From positions 25,048,001-25,112,000 of the forward strand of contig NC_042998.1 of assembly GCF_006345805.1 (NCBI RefSeq): a stretch of 64,000 nt of DNA, written 5' to 3'. How positions within the stretch are numbered: position 1 is the stretch's first letter; the number at the start of each line of letters is the position of its first letter. The notes beneath the pieces were generated by a model, which saw nothing but the letters and a program-made list of their open reading frames with translations, was not told where the DNA came from and did no database searches. The stretch comes from Octopus sinensis (lineage: Eukaryota). Positions 37,886-53,119 of this stretch are shown here, one piece after another. Made by a program: the position numbers and the translations under genes.

Positions 37886-38162
37886 GTTTTTTATCCTGAC
37901 CCTTTTGATCAAATTTTACTTTTCTTTTCTGTTTTTTCCCTTTTTCTTTTTCATTTTCAAAAAGAAAAACTCTACATTCATATTTGTCCCCTCTGTGTTC
38001 AGCCCTGTGTGGCCAATAAAGAAATTTATCTATCTATCTATTTATCTATCTATCTGCCTGTCTGTCTGTCTATGTTTGTCTACCTATCTGTCTGTCTATG
38101 TTTGCCTGTATATCTAACTGTCTGCCTGTCTATTTGTGTGTCTGTCTATGTATGTATGTATG

Positions 38163-38680
38163 TATCATCATCATCATCATCATCGTTTAACGTCCGTTCT
38201 CCATGCTAGCATGGGTTGGACGGTTCGACCGGGGTTCTGGGAAGCCAGAAGGCTGCACCAGGCTCCAGTCTAATCTGGCAATGTTTCTACAGCTGGATGC
38301 CCTTCCTAACGCCAACCACTCCGTGAGTGTAGTGGGTGCTTTTTACGTGCCACCTGCACAGGTACCAGGCGAGGCTGGCAACGGCCACGGTCAGATTGGT
38401 GTATTTTATGTGCCACCGGCACGGAAGCCAGTCGAGGCGGTGCTGGCATCGGCCACGAGTCGGATAGTGCTTTTTACGTACCACCAGACCAGGGATCCTG
38501 GCTGGTTCAATTCGATTTCGATTTCGCTTGCCCCAACATGTCTTCACAAGCAAAGGGGGTTGGCATGGGTGCCTGTCGTACGGTCGCATTGGAGTATTTT
38601 ACGTGCCACGGCCACGAGTCGGATAGTGCTTTTTACGTACCACCAGACCAGGGATCCTGGCTGGTTCAATTCGATTTCGT
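38163..38680 (-). mobile_element. RTE LINE 3' UTR copy, longer variant with an internal duplication
   Basis: Shared 3' blocks. cgcttgccccaacatgtcttcacaag matches 58638-58660. The block ggccacgagtcggatag...gatttcg occurs twice. Confidence 0.75.
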
Positions 38681-38689
38681 ATGTATGTA

Positions 38690-38843
38690 TCTATCTATCT
38701 TTCTATCTATCTATCTATCTATCTATCTATTTATTTGTCTGTCTGTCTGCCTGCCTGTCTATGTATGTATGCATGTATCTGTCTGTCTATGTGTCTGTCT
38801 GTCTATATCAGTCTGTCTCTATATCTATTTGTTTATCTGTCTG

Positions 38844-38908
<65 letters not shown>

Positions 38909-38945
38909 AACTATTTGTCCATCCATCCATCCATCCATCAATTCA
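38690..38945. repeat. (CTAT)n/(CTGT)n/(CCAT)n microsatellite
   Basis: Directly visible. Confidence 0.95.
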
Positions 38946-39544
38946 TCCATCCACCTCTGTTTTATTCTACTACGCGTTATAAATTCAACAACCTATTGTA
39001 ATATCAATAGGTTATTATTTTTAAGAAATAAGTAAAATTATTCTTATACAAACATTAAAAAAAGCAGTAAATTTGCTTTTGTGAAGAAATGTTTTTCTAT
39101 ATGAAATTACATAGAATGTCATAAATAATTTACAAGCTTTATCAAAAGATAGGCAAAAATTAATATACAGGTACATACATGGATACAGATACACAAGCAC
39201 ACACACACACATACACACACATATACAGATGTATAGATATATTCTGAAATTTGAAAAGCAGCTGCTCTAAGAATACTTGGAATGTCACAGTACCACGAAA
39301 GAAGATAATCATATTATCTGATATGTAGGAAGGAGGTGGTGGTGGTGGTGGGGCTTGGGGGAGAGAGAGGGGGGTGAACCAATAAATGATAAATATTTTA
39401 TCTGACATCATACACCTATATTGTAATAATACATACAATTATTTGTGAGAAAGAATTCTTGGTAACAGGAACAGCAGGAACTAGCAGTTCACATGAAGTA
39501 ATATATGTAGAGTAATGACATAACTTATATATGTTAATATGTGT

Positions 39545-41352
<1,808 letters not shown>

Positions 41353-41572
41353 TATGTTAATATGTGTTACAAATGATATTTCTCAAATTAAGCATAAAAT
41401 TATTGCTATTTATTGTTAAAACATTTTCATTAACCCATATAATTAAAGTGGACGCATATGGCTTAACATTTAGGGGTGTTGGGCTCATGATTCTAAGATC
41501 CTGGTCTCAATTCTGGGATTGGATGATGTGTTGTGTTTTTGAGCAGAATACTTCATTTTATTGCTTCTAGTC

Positions 41573-41791
41573 CAGTGGTTTTCAACCAGGGTTCCGCAGA
41601 ACCTTAGGGTTCCGCCAATACAGTCCAGGGGTTCCGCAAGAAGTTACAAAACTGCTAAAATCGGCAGTAATTTTTAATTCTCCTGTGCAGATATGTGTGC
41701 ATAAGACTATTAAATTATTGCACAGGGGTTCCCTGAGCCAGTGGAATGTTTCCTTGGGGTTCCGCTCCAGCAAAAAGTTTGAAAAGCACTG
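41573..41791. mobile_element. hAT-type MITE nested in a SINE
   Basis: TIRs cagtggttttcaa / ttgaaaagcactg; 8-bp TSD ttctagtc / tcctagtc. Confidence 0.75.
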
Positions 41792-43021
41792 TCCTAGTCA
41801 CTCAACTGCCAAAAATGAGTGATTCTGCAATGGACTGGCATCCATCCAGGGGGAATATATGCACCACAGAAACTAAGAAAATGGTCCTATGAGTCTATAT
41901 GATTCAGGAAGGGTCTTTATACTATTTTTTATATAAATATATGATATTTCAACCCTCACAAATTTGATTATCAGGGTATTATAAAAGAAAGAAATAAACT
42001 TAACAACATAAATAAAATGACACTATAATAATACCAATGCTTATGATCATGATGATAATACTACTAATAATGGTTATGATGATAAAGATAACGTTGATGG
42101 TAACGATGTTGATGATAATGATAGCATTATAGTTTGCATATGAGCAGTGACATCTTCATTTAATTCATACACATAGTGTAGGCTTCGCTGTGTTAAGGAG
42201 TTTGTTTTACAGCCATGTGGCTTTGGCTTCAGTCCCACTGTGCAGTATCTTAGGCAAGTATCTTCTACCATAGCTTCTTGCTGACTGATGCTTTGAGAGT
42301 AAACTTGGCAGACAGAAACTGTGTGGAAGCCTTGGCCCGACTACTGTTGTTATCTGTTGAATTTTTCAGTGTCATTGGTGAAGGCTTTAACTCCACTTTC
42401 TAGCAGGTAGGTGCTTTTTGTGCCCTTGTGATTGTGGTGTATGCAAGAGATTCGAAATAAAGGCACCTACCTTCTCTTCGCTCAGATGGAGACCCTTCAG
42501 TGGTAACGGATCCTTCAACAAAGCCCAACCCAAACGCTAGAGATAGCAGCTGCTTCACCCAACCTTAACAACGTGATGACCGTCTTAACCCCTCAACGAC
42601 CTGACTCAAAAGGCAGAATGGCCCGCTCGCTGCGAGCGCATCACGGCTGCCCCTTCCGGTCAGTTTCCCAACTGCTGACATCATCCCACAGTGATAAATA
42701 TATATTTTAATTGTACCACTACCTAACGTTATTTAAAGCCTGCAACCACCTATATTACTGTTATATTTATTATCAATTTATTTTTACCACAGATAGTAAT
42801 AACAATAATAATATCTTTATAAATATTGACTTTTGAATTTTTACTCCTTATAAATATATTTACACTGAAGTTATTTTGAATTTGGTGTGAAAAGAATTCA
42901 GAATGCTAGCAGACTCCAGCATAATGAGTTGAATTTTTCATTTGGTAAGACTTGCTGAAGAGAGTTAAGATTTTTCACCAAAACTTAAAATCATGATATA
43001 TGTATATCCTAATTACCAAAT

Positions 43022-44241
43022 TACAGGGATTGGACAAAATAAGGGAAACACCTTAAAATTTCAAACAAATTTATTTTAATATGGTGTTGGCCCACCTTTG
43101 GCAGTAATTACAGCTTGAATTTTATGAGGTATGGACTCGAACAAAGTTTGAATTGTTTCCAAAGGAATTTTTCTCCATTCTTCAGTTAAAATAGTCTCCA
43201 GTTCTTGTAGTGATGATGGTAGAGGATATCGGCTCCTTACTTATTTCTCTAAAATGCACCATAAATGTCCAATAATATTGAGATCTGGGGACTGTGGTGG
43301 CCAGATAAGATGCTCAACTTCACTAGAATATTCCTCGTGCCATTCAGTAACAACTTTAGCTGTGTAAATTGGTGCATTATCATCCTGAAAGATTACGTTT
43401 CCCTCTGGAAACAATTCGCAACTATAAGATGAATTTGATCAAATAAAATGTTTAAATAGTCTTTACTATTAATTCTGCCATGAAGGGAAACCATTGTGCT
43501 GGTGGATTTCAAAGATATAGCCCCCTAGATCATCACAGATCTTCCTTCATGTTTAACAGTTGGAAGAAGGCAATCTGGATCAAATGCTCCTTTTGGCTGT
43601 CTCCACACATATACTCGGCCAGTGGTCAAAAATAAGGTAAAGGATGACTTGTTCAAGAAAATAACATTCTTCCACTGCTCCAGAGACAAATGCTGTAGGT
43701 TTTTACTCCACTCTAAATGCTTTACAACATTTGTTTTTGAAAGTAGTGGTTTTCTAATTGCAGCCCTCCCATGAAATCTGGCTTTGTGCAACTCCTGGCA
43801 AACAGTTTTTGTGAAAACTGGGTTCTCAAGGCGGTCAATTAGTTCTGAAATAATTTTTAGAGCTGTACTTTTGTGATCCACACTAAAAATTCAGGTAAGA
43901 GTCTGACAGACCCTATCTAAAAGTTTTGGCTTTCTTCCAGAGTTTTGTTTCAATGATGAGGTTTTTCCCTCTTTCTCAAAGGCTGTCATTACTTTTGAGA
44001 CAATACTTCTTGATACACCATACGAGCACCAATAATTTGACCTCTTTGAAAGTCCAATAGATCTGTCATTCTAAAGAATTTTAATTACCTTTTTTGGATG
44101 TTATTTGAAAAGAAACAGCAATCGTAGCAAAACATATAAAGCAAAACTAATAATAAATCAAAAAACATAAAAATAAACAAGCTTTTGACGGTTTTATAGA
44201 TATTTCAAAATTATGATGTTATGATGCTAGGTGGTTCCATT
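43022..44241 (-). mobile_element. Degenerate Tc1-like transposon
   Basis: ORF 43525-43881 GRAAIRKPLLS...WKNVIFLNKSSF...VWR...TVKHEGRSVMI (Tc1 transposase); TIR tacagggattggacaaaataagggaaacacc at 43022. Confidence 0.85.
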
Positions 44242-44830
44242 ACTTAGTTTAGCTTTAATTGATCAGACCTATGATCCAAGATATTCCAGCCATGGCCTTT
44301 TCATGTTATCCAAATATTAATTAACCTAGAACAATATTATCTAATGTGCTACACCATCTTGATTTTTTTCTTCCAATGAAGGTGGGATGATTTTGAGGGA
44401 GATTTGGTTGTTATTTCTAGCGAGGCTAGTGACCACATAAAGGCTTACTTCATTGGCTTATTGTGTTGAAAGATGAGTTTCTTTATTAGACAATGTACTG
44501 GGGTTATCACATGTAGCTTTTGTCATTTAGAAGAATTGAAGACAGCATTCCAAAGCAAGCTAAGCCAATGAAATATTTGCCGATTCTACAGCCCTGCAAT
44601 AGATTACAGAGGTGAGTCACAAGTTTAGTGGTTTCTTCATAGAGTTAAAACAGTGAAGAAATGAGGGAGCCACTATATGGTCGTTTGATCTGCTAGAAAT
44701 AACAACCAAATTACCTTCAAACCACATGGATTTTATAAAAGATTAAACCTCTAACATTCAGATTACTCTGCAAAATTTGCTTAGTTATTGATATTGTTTC
44801 GAATTAACAATGCATTATCTCCCAACTTAG

Positions 44831-45090
44831 TGGAGGCACGTGGCTTAGTGGCTAAGGTGTTAGCATCGATCATAAGATTGTGGTTTCGATTCCTGGACCG
44901 GGCAACGCGTTGTGTTCTTGAGCAAAACACTTCATTTCATGTTGCTCCAGTCCACTCAGCTGGCAAAAATGAGTAACGCTGCGATGGACCGGCGTCCCAT
45001 CCAGCTGAGGAACACATACACCACTGAAACCAGGAAACTGGGCCCATGCGCCTGGCTAGGCTTTAAAAGGGCGCATATTTTTTTTAAATT
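44831..45090 (+). mobile_element. tRNA-derived SINE
   Basis: A/B-box-like head; 16-bp TSD ttatctcccaacttag at 44815-44830 and 45091-45106. Confidence 0.85.
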
Positions 45091-45619
45091 TTATCTCCCA
45101 ACTTAGAGAATTTGATGATGTAACTGTTCCTTTTTAGAATGTAGGGCTGGAGTGAGAGGCCAAATTTGGCTGGTTTGAACATAAAAAAAATAGAATATTT
45201 TGGCCAGATAAGGTCAAGTTAAATGCTTGAGTGTTAGCATTGGGTAGGGTATATTATTCCAAATAAAAGAAAATAGTATGGCCATAGCTGGAATGTTCTA
45301 TGGTCATAGATCTGTTTGCTCTATTATGGTTGATCTGATCTGGGGCCAAACCACAATAACTTAGAATTAAAATATCTCATTTTTTTCATAGCTAAGTACT
45401 TAGACCAGAATCAAAAAGCAGGCTACATGAACATCAAAATATGAAGCGCCAAACCATCGGCTTTGCCATGTACATACATTTTCAATTACTCATATAGAAT
45501 AACAGCTCACGCTTTTAATATCAATTCACCAGAGACTGTCTGTTCAGAAGAGTTCATATTTCAATTAAATTCTCAATAAAAATAACATGAATGATACTGA
45601 AAAAATTTAAATGGCCAAT

Positions 45620-45834
45620 ACTCTTACTCTTACTCTTTTACTTGTTTCAGTCATTTGACTGCGGCCAAGCTGGAGCACCGCCTTTAGTCGAGCAAATCGA
45701 CCCCGGGACTTATTCTTTTGTAAGCCCAGTACTTATTCTATCGGTCTCTTTTGCCGAACCGCTAAGTGACGGGGACGTAAACACACCAGCATCGGTTGTC
45801 AAGCAATGCTAGGAGGACAAACACAGACACACAA

Positions 45835-45881
<47 letters not shown>

Positions 45882-46035
45882 TACGACAGGCTTCTTTCAG
45901 TTTCCGTCTACCAAATCCACTCACAAGGCATTGGTCGGCCCTGAGCTATAGTAGCAGACGCTTGCCCAAGATGCCATGCAGTGGGACTGAACCCGGAACC
46001 ATGTGGTTGGTTAGCAAGCTACTTACCACACAGCC
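45620..46035 (-). mobile_element. tRNA-derived SINE
   Basis: Reverse complement of the 12021-12459 family. Confidence 0.85.
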
Positions 46036-46479
46036 AATCCTGCACCTGCAATATCAACATAATATTATTTTAAGTTATATGGATGCAGCATGGGTGAACA
46101 GTTTAGAAGTATGTTTCACAACCATATATTTTTAAGGGTTGACCCCCGACTGTATGGCATCTTGGATAAGATCTTTTTACTGTAGCCTTGAGAAGAGTCC
46201 AGTCTTGTGACTGAAGTCAGATTGATGGAAAAAAAGCATTGTCCTGGTGCCACATATAAAGCACCCATGCTGACACCATGTAGGAAGCACCTGTGCTGGT
46301 GCCACATAAAAAGCACTGAACTGGTGCCATATAAAAAGCATCCAGTACATTTCATAAAGTAGTTGGTATTAGGAAGGGCATCCAGCCATAGAAACCTCAC
46401 CAAAAGGGACAGCTGGAGCCTGGTTCAGCTCTCCATTTTGCCAGCTCTTGATCATTGGACAAAATGCCTTCAAGTGTTT

Positions 46480-46686
46480 TGTTTATTCTTTTACTTGTTT
46501 CAGTCATTTGACTACAGCCATGCTGGAGCACCGCCTTTAGTCAAAGAAATCAACCCCAGGACTTATTCATTATAAGCCTAGTACTTATTCTGTCAGTCTC
46601 TTTTGCTGAACCGCTAAGTTAATGGGATGTAAACACATCAACATCAGTTGTCAAGTGATAGTGGAAGGACAAACACAGATACACAA

Positions 46687-46734
<48 letters not shown>

Positions 46735-46900
46735 GTATATACGTTAGGATTCTTTCAGTTTCTGTCTACCAAATCCACTCACAAGGCTTTGGTTGACCTG
46801 ATGCTATAGTAGAAGACACTTGCTCAAGATGCCACGCAGTGGAACTGAACCCAGAACCATGTGGTTGGGAAACAAGCTTCTTAACACACAGCCACTACTT
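46480..46900 (-). mobile_element. tRNA-derived SINE
   Basis: Same family, more diverged. Confidence 0.8.
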
Positions 46901-48559
46901 AACATTCTGAGTTCAAATCCAACTGGAGTTAACTTTGCCTTTCATAAAATAAGTACTAGCTAAGCAGAAGTGGTGATAAAATAAACATTTTTCTCCACCA
47001 AAAATCATAGCCTTGTGAGAAAACAATATATAAAATTACTGATTTGTTACTAAATTCATTCAATATCTTAATTATATAAAATATTAATTGAAACATGGAG
47101 GCAGTCTACTCATTAGAAATATAGTCATGAAAGGGTTAAACAGAATCATTATTAATTGTTCATAAACAAATTTAATTACCACAAATTCATTGCTTACAAA
47201 TCTTTTTACATGTTCAATATTTCATGGAATATGTCTCACCTATACATTTGAAGTTGAAGAAGTTATTCCCTTGACATTCCATAAATCAAATAAGTGATCG
47301 AATTACATAATCAGTGGTATGATTATTTTATTTATTTATTCTTTTTTTTTTTTTGGTTTTTGCAAACTTGCAAATGAACAAAAACAAACAAAGTGATAGA
47401 TTTCACTTGCAAGTTGCATATAAACAGGTTTGTTTAGCAGTGTTCGAAATAGAAAGATGTAAACAATGATTTAATTAGAAACAAAAAAAAACAACAAAAA
47501 ACAAAAAACAAAAAAACAAAAAGATGAATCAATTAATCGATGGTTGTTGGTAATTACTGCACTACTTTGTATATTTATTTAGATTTATCAATGTGATTAG
47601 CAGCAATATGAGCAAATTAATTAACTACTGAACTACTTGAGAAGGAGATTTCTCTCATAAATTCTTTCACAAACAAAAGAGAAACTCTTTGAATGAAGCA
47701 ACAGCAAAACTTATCTATTTTTTGGTTTTGTATCTTTTAACACGGATGTAAAACCCACCCCTGTTCATTCCGTCAGCCTCACTCGGTGAACTTCCCAACT
47801 ACTGTTGCAACCTTTGTTATCAATATCAACAGAATCCTCCTCATCATCACCATCGTTATCATCTTCATCATCAAAGCACTCAACCCACTTCTGTCTTCCT
47901 TGCTGTTCGTTCTCAACCAAACTGCAGTCAATCAACTAGCATCGCTACTGTCATCATAATTACCATCATCTTCAGCATTGTCATCGTCATCATCACTTCC
48001 ATTTTCATCCACCTCTTCCTCATCCTTGTCATCACAACTACAGCTGTCAGCATGATTGACATCAAGCATGGGCCTCATCATTCCGTTCACCTTTTGGGTG
48101 TTTTATACCTAGTAATATAAGATGCACCGTGCTGCGCTTACAAACAGCTTCCTATCCCCCAGAGAATCACCTATGCATGCATCTGATGGTAATTTGCACA
48201 CCTTGCAGCTGCAACAATACACTGCAGACATTTCTGTATGCTCAATTGCTATGCAGTCACAGCTGCAGTTTCTGCTTTCTGCAGAGTCTTTGTAATAATA
48301 TACACACGTACATCATATGTGATATCATATTTATATATATAGAGAGAGAAATATCATATTTATATAAGAAAGGGAAGAGAGAAAGAAAACAAAAAGACTT
48401 TCAGTGATGACCACACCACACATGTTTTATTTTTTATTAATTGTTTTTTTTTAATGGATCACCATCCTTAAATCCATTCCAATACAATGGTAAATGACTA
48501 AATAAATAAATGAATGGTGAATACGAAAGGGGATCCCCCTTCTCTCTCTCCCCCTCTCT

Positions 48560-48621
48560 CTCTGTCTACCTATCTATCTATCTATCTATCTGTCTATCTA
48601 TCTATCTATCTATCTACCTAC

Positions 48622-48658
<37 letters not shown>

Positions 48659-48735
48659 AATCTATCTATCTATCTATCTATCTACCTTTCTATTTATCTA
48701 TCTACCTATCTATCTATCTATCTATCTATCTATCC

Positions 48736-48791
<56 letters not shown>

Positions 48792-48795
48792 CTTA
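48560..48795. repeat. (CTAT)n microsatellite
   Basis: Directly visible. Confidence 0.95.
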
Positions 48796-49069
48796 CCTAT
48801 TTCAATATAAACTAGGATACTATTCTCACAGGTCTTTTGAACTAAAACAGCACAGTGGTTGGATACGTTTTCATGAACTGTTGCAACCACATAACATCAC
48901 ATTCTTCTCAATAAATCTTAATGTTTATATAAATGTACCATCTTTTCCTCCCAAATAAACATAAGACAAGTTGGACCAAATCTTCAGACTTGCTATTATT
49001 CTTATTGGTTGCTATTTATCTATATTTATTCTATATTTAGAATTGGAATTTTTGAAAAGTCAAAATTTT

Positions 49070-49384
49070 GCATTATGTAGCTTGTTATTCTCTTTAAGTG
49101 AACATTTCGGTTGAAATACACCGAAAAATGGCAACACAGCAGTCAAAAAATCGTAAAAAATAGGGATTTTCATAGAAAGAAAGCACCTTTTTGATGTAAA
49201 TAATTTTTGGTGTTAATCTGGTCAGATTTTAATTTTTTCTTCTACGGAATGAAGAGCAAGCCTTCTTCTAACATACTCTCAATTTTGGTCAACTTGTGCC
49301 GCAGGGCCTCGGAGGAGATGGTGTTAGTTGAAGGCTACCAAACCTGCCATACACAGACAACTTCAGCTTTATATATATATAGAT
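49070..49384. mobile_element. Possible Helitron/Helentron-like non-autonomous element end
   Basis: Terminus acagacaacttcagctttatatatatatagat resembles the ends of such elements (recalled); the other boundary is unclear. Confidence 0.3.
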
Positions 49385-50734
49385 TTATATGGCTTTCATT
49401 AGACTTTCTAGCCAACAAATATTATCCCTGAGTTTTCAATGATATTTATCTCCCTCTTAGTTTTATATACATTAATTTGTTCTTGTGTAGCTTTTTTGCT
49501 TGATGTTTTATTATTTTGTGTAAAGAAAAAATAATAAATAAAAGTGAAACAGAAATGAAAAAAAATTATGTGAACTAATTTTATGTTTATGGTTTTGAAA
49601 ACTTTTTCTGAAATAATAGATGGAAATTCTTTGATTTTTTGTATTTTTTTGTATTTTTTTCTTTTCTCTTTGAGTTAATGATTTAAGACAGCTTCAGAAT
49701 TTTCAAAAACTTTAAAACAGTCAAATGTGATTTCTGATTGGTAATTCTTCAACCTAAAGATTCACTTGGCACAATGAGAGCTATTTTCAAAGAAACTATA
49801 TAGCTTAATTCAAATAAAAATGTGAATAGATGCATTGTATTGTCACTAGAACTTATAAAATCATTTTATTTTGATTTTTTTCCACATGAAAAAATATGAG
49901 GCATTTAAAACTAATTGTGTAAAGAAGTGAATAAAATGAATGATCAGATTCTAAGACATTCTTAACATCTTTTAGTCAGATGAGCAATAACATTTTATAT
50001 CAATCTACTTACATATTAATAAATCATTTCAATCTGTGCTTTTATTGACCTTTTAAGCTATTCACAGATTTTTGTGACTTGAGAGCTTGTCAAATACATA
50101 TGATTTTTTTCTCTTTAGAGATTTCTCTTCGCACTCTCACACACATGCACATATGCATATACATACATATATAATATATATATAAATACATATGTAAATA
50201 TATATATAAATACATATATATGCATATATATATATATATAATATATATATATAATATATATATATGCACAGATGTATGTGTATGTATATAGGCACACGTG
50301 CACACGCTCACACACACACATATTTATAATACATACTAATATGAACATGTTATCTTAAAAGAAGTCTATTTGGGTGTTACGTTGGGGTTTGCATATGGCA
50401 ATTATGTATAGAATTTTCATTGGAAATGTATGTATATGCTCATTCATTTCCTTACCTGTTCCATACATTTCTAGACAGATATAAATACACATGCATATTA
50501 TGCATGTGTATATATTATATATATATATATATACATATAAATACATATATACATACAATTATATATATATTTAGTCTCTATGTTTTTGCTTTTATGTTTT
50601 CGTTTTTCATTGTGTTCAACGATTTTTGATGTCCTGTACCCATATATGCATGTATATATACATATATATGTAGTTATGTACATATATATGTATGTATATA
50701 TGCATATATTTATGTATTATTTATATTATTATAC

Positions 50735-50970
50735 AGATTTTTACAGTTCCAGTGATGGATTGTATCTGTAGTCTTCGAATTAGCTTTCTCTTTTCTGGTT
50801 TTGAGAAGCCTAATTTCTCAAGATTGGTATTTAAGCAGTGTGTTACATATCCCAGGGCCCCAATAACTACAGATATAAACCTGAACTTGTAATCTGGATA
50901 GAGTAACTGCAGATTTCTCAATAGTTCAGCATAAGTGTTCTCTTTCAACTGATCTTCAGCTTTATGTTAA
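50735..50970 (-). mobile_element. C-terminal fragment of an RLE-type non-LTR retrotransposon
   Basis: NIKLKISLKENTYAELLRNL...ISVVIGALGYV...LEKLG...LQIQSITGTVKI resembles the K...Y..L...VIGALG tail of restriction-like endonuclease domains (R4/NeSL/HERO-like). Confidence 0.65.
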
Positions 50971-51255
50971 CATATGTATGTATATATTCATGTATGTATG
51001 TATGTATGTATGTATGTATGTATGTATGTATGTATGTATGTATGTATGTATGTATGTATGTATGTATGTATGCATGTATGTATGTATGTATGTATGTATG
51101 TATGTATGTATGTATGCATGTATGTATGTATGTATGTATATGTATGTATGTATGTATGCATGTATGTATGTATGCATGTTTGTATGCATGTATGTATGTA
51201 TGTATGTATGTATGTATGTATGTATGTATGTATGTATGTATGTATGTATGTATGT
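50970..51255. repeat. (TATG)n microsatellite
   Basis: Directly visible. Confidence 0.95.
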
Positions 51256-51810
51256 ATCATCATCATCGTTTAACGTCCATTTTCCATGCTAGCATGGGTT
51301 GGACAGTTCAACCGGGATCTGGGAAGCCAGGAGGCTGCACCAGGCTCCAGTCTGATCTGGCAGTGTTTCTACAGCTGGATGACCTTCCTAATGCCAACCA
51401 CTCCGTGAGTGTAGTGGGTGCGTTTTACGTGCCACCGGCACAGGTGCCATGGTAGGCTGACAACAGCCATGATCGGTTGGTGCTTTTTATGTGCCACTGG
51501 CATGGAAGCCAGTCAAAGCGGCGCTGGCATCAGCCACGTACAGATGGTGCTTTTTACGTGCCACCGGCACAGGTGCCAGGGTAGGCTGGCAACGGCCACG
51601 AATGGTTGGTGCTTTTTACGTGCCACCGGCACGGAAGCCAGTCATGGTGGCGCTGGCGACGGCCACGTATGGTTGGTGCTTTTTACGTGCCACTGGTACA
51701 GAAGCCAGTCATGGTGGCGCTGGCATCGGCCACATACGGATGGTGCTTTTCATATGCCAGGGTAGGCTGGCAATGGCCACAAATGGTTGGTGCCACCGGC
51801 GCAGGTATCG
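51256..51810 (-). mobile_element. RTE LINE 3' UTR copy with internal ~62-bp repeats
   Basis: Shared blocks; (cat)n tail adjoins (TATG)n. Confidence 0.85.
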
Positions 51811-52269
51811 CAGACCCTAACTTTCTTTCTCCAGATCTTTTGCATAAGGAGGTCTTTATTTATCTTCTGCTTTCTTTTTTATTCCATTTCCTATCCATTT
51901 CTGAGTTGTCAGTTTCCTGTCATCAGTCTCCACAATGATCTAATTTTAGAAAAAATAAAAATCATTAGACATGGATTCTGAATCATGTAGCTGCTATTTC
52001 TAGCCTGTAGCAGGACAATTAACAGAAATATTTTATTTATAACTAAATGTTTAAATCTGACAACAACCAAGGGAAGTGAAGTGTTAATGACAGAATGAAA
52101 GTTTGCATTCAGCATGATTGCGTAAATATAAGAAACAGATAGGTGGAAATGAAAGTCAGCTTCTTCACAGTGTAAAACCTCACCCACAAGATGTGACAAA
52201 TGTGTATGTGCATTTATGTGTGTGTGTGTGTGTGTGTGCGTGCATGTGTGTGTGTGTATGTATGTATGT

Positions 52270-52489
52270 ACTCTACTCTTTTACTCTTTTACTTGTTTCA
52301 TTCATTTGACTGCGGCCATGCTTGAGCACAGCCTTTAGTCGAGCAAATCGAACACAGGATTTATTCTTTAGATGCCTAGTACTCATTCTATCAGTCTCTT
52401 TTGCCAAACCACTAAGTTACGGGGACGTAAACACACCGCCATCGGTTGTCAAGCGATGTTGGGGGACAAACACAGATGCACAAACATAT

Positions 52490-52522
<33 letters not shown>

Positions 52523-52660
52523 GATATATGCAATTAACTTCTTTCAGTTTCCATCTACCAAATCCACTCACAAGGCTTTGGTCAGCTCGAGGCTGAGGTG
52601 CCATTCAGTAGGACTGAACTTAGAACCATGTAGTTGGTAAGCAAGCTACTTACCACACAG
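52270..52660 (-). mobile_element. tRNA-derived SINE
   Basis: Reverse complement of the 12021-12459 family. Confidence 0.8.
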
Positions 52661-52684
52661 CACCTATATATATATATATATATA

Positions 52685-52880
52685 GGGAGAATTCACAAAT
52701 AAACAAAAGACAAAGACAGGTGTTGGAAACAAACAGATGTATTGGTATAACGCTCAGAAATTGAAGAAGTCTTTTATGTTTCGAGCCTACGCTCTTCCAC
52801 AGAAAGGAACATAGAAATAAACAAGGAGAGAAACAAGGAGAGAAAAAATTGTGTAGTTGCTACCGATCTATCATGGCAAA
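52685..52880 (-). mobile_element. Short (TA)n-flanked element with a hammerhead-like motif (PLE pLTR-like)
   Basis: Minus 52806-52771 reads cttt-CTGTGGA-a-gagc(gtag)gctc-GAAAC-ATA-aaag. Confidence 0.45.
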
Positions 52881-52967
52881 ATATATATATATACACACAC
52901 ACACACTCACACACATATGTATACGTACACATACATACACACACACTCACATACGCACACACACACA

Positions 52968-53119
52968 TCGGGTGGGCTAAATGTCATACACCAAATCGTT
53001 TGACATTTTATTTATATTGTGTTATTAGTATTATTCAGTTTGATAAAATAGAAGCATGTCTTTGTCAATTCTGGAACATATTGAACTCAGAGTGTGCACA
53101 ACTTTTGGCCCACTCTGTA
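52968..53119. mobile_element. Small Tc1/mariner-type MITE
   Basis: Imperfect TIRs cgggtgggctaaa / tttggcccactctg followed by TA. Confidence 0.5.
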
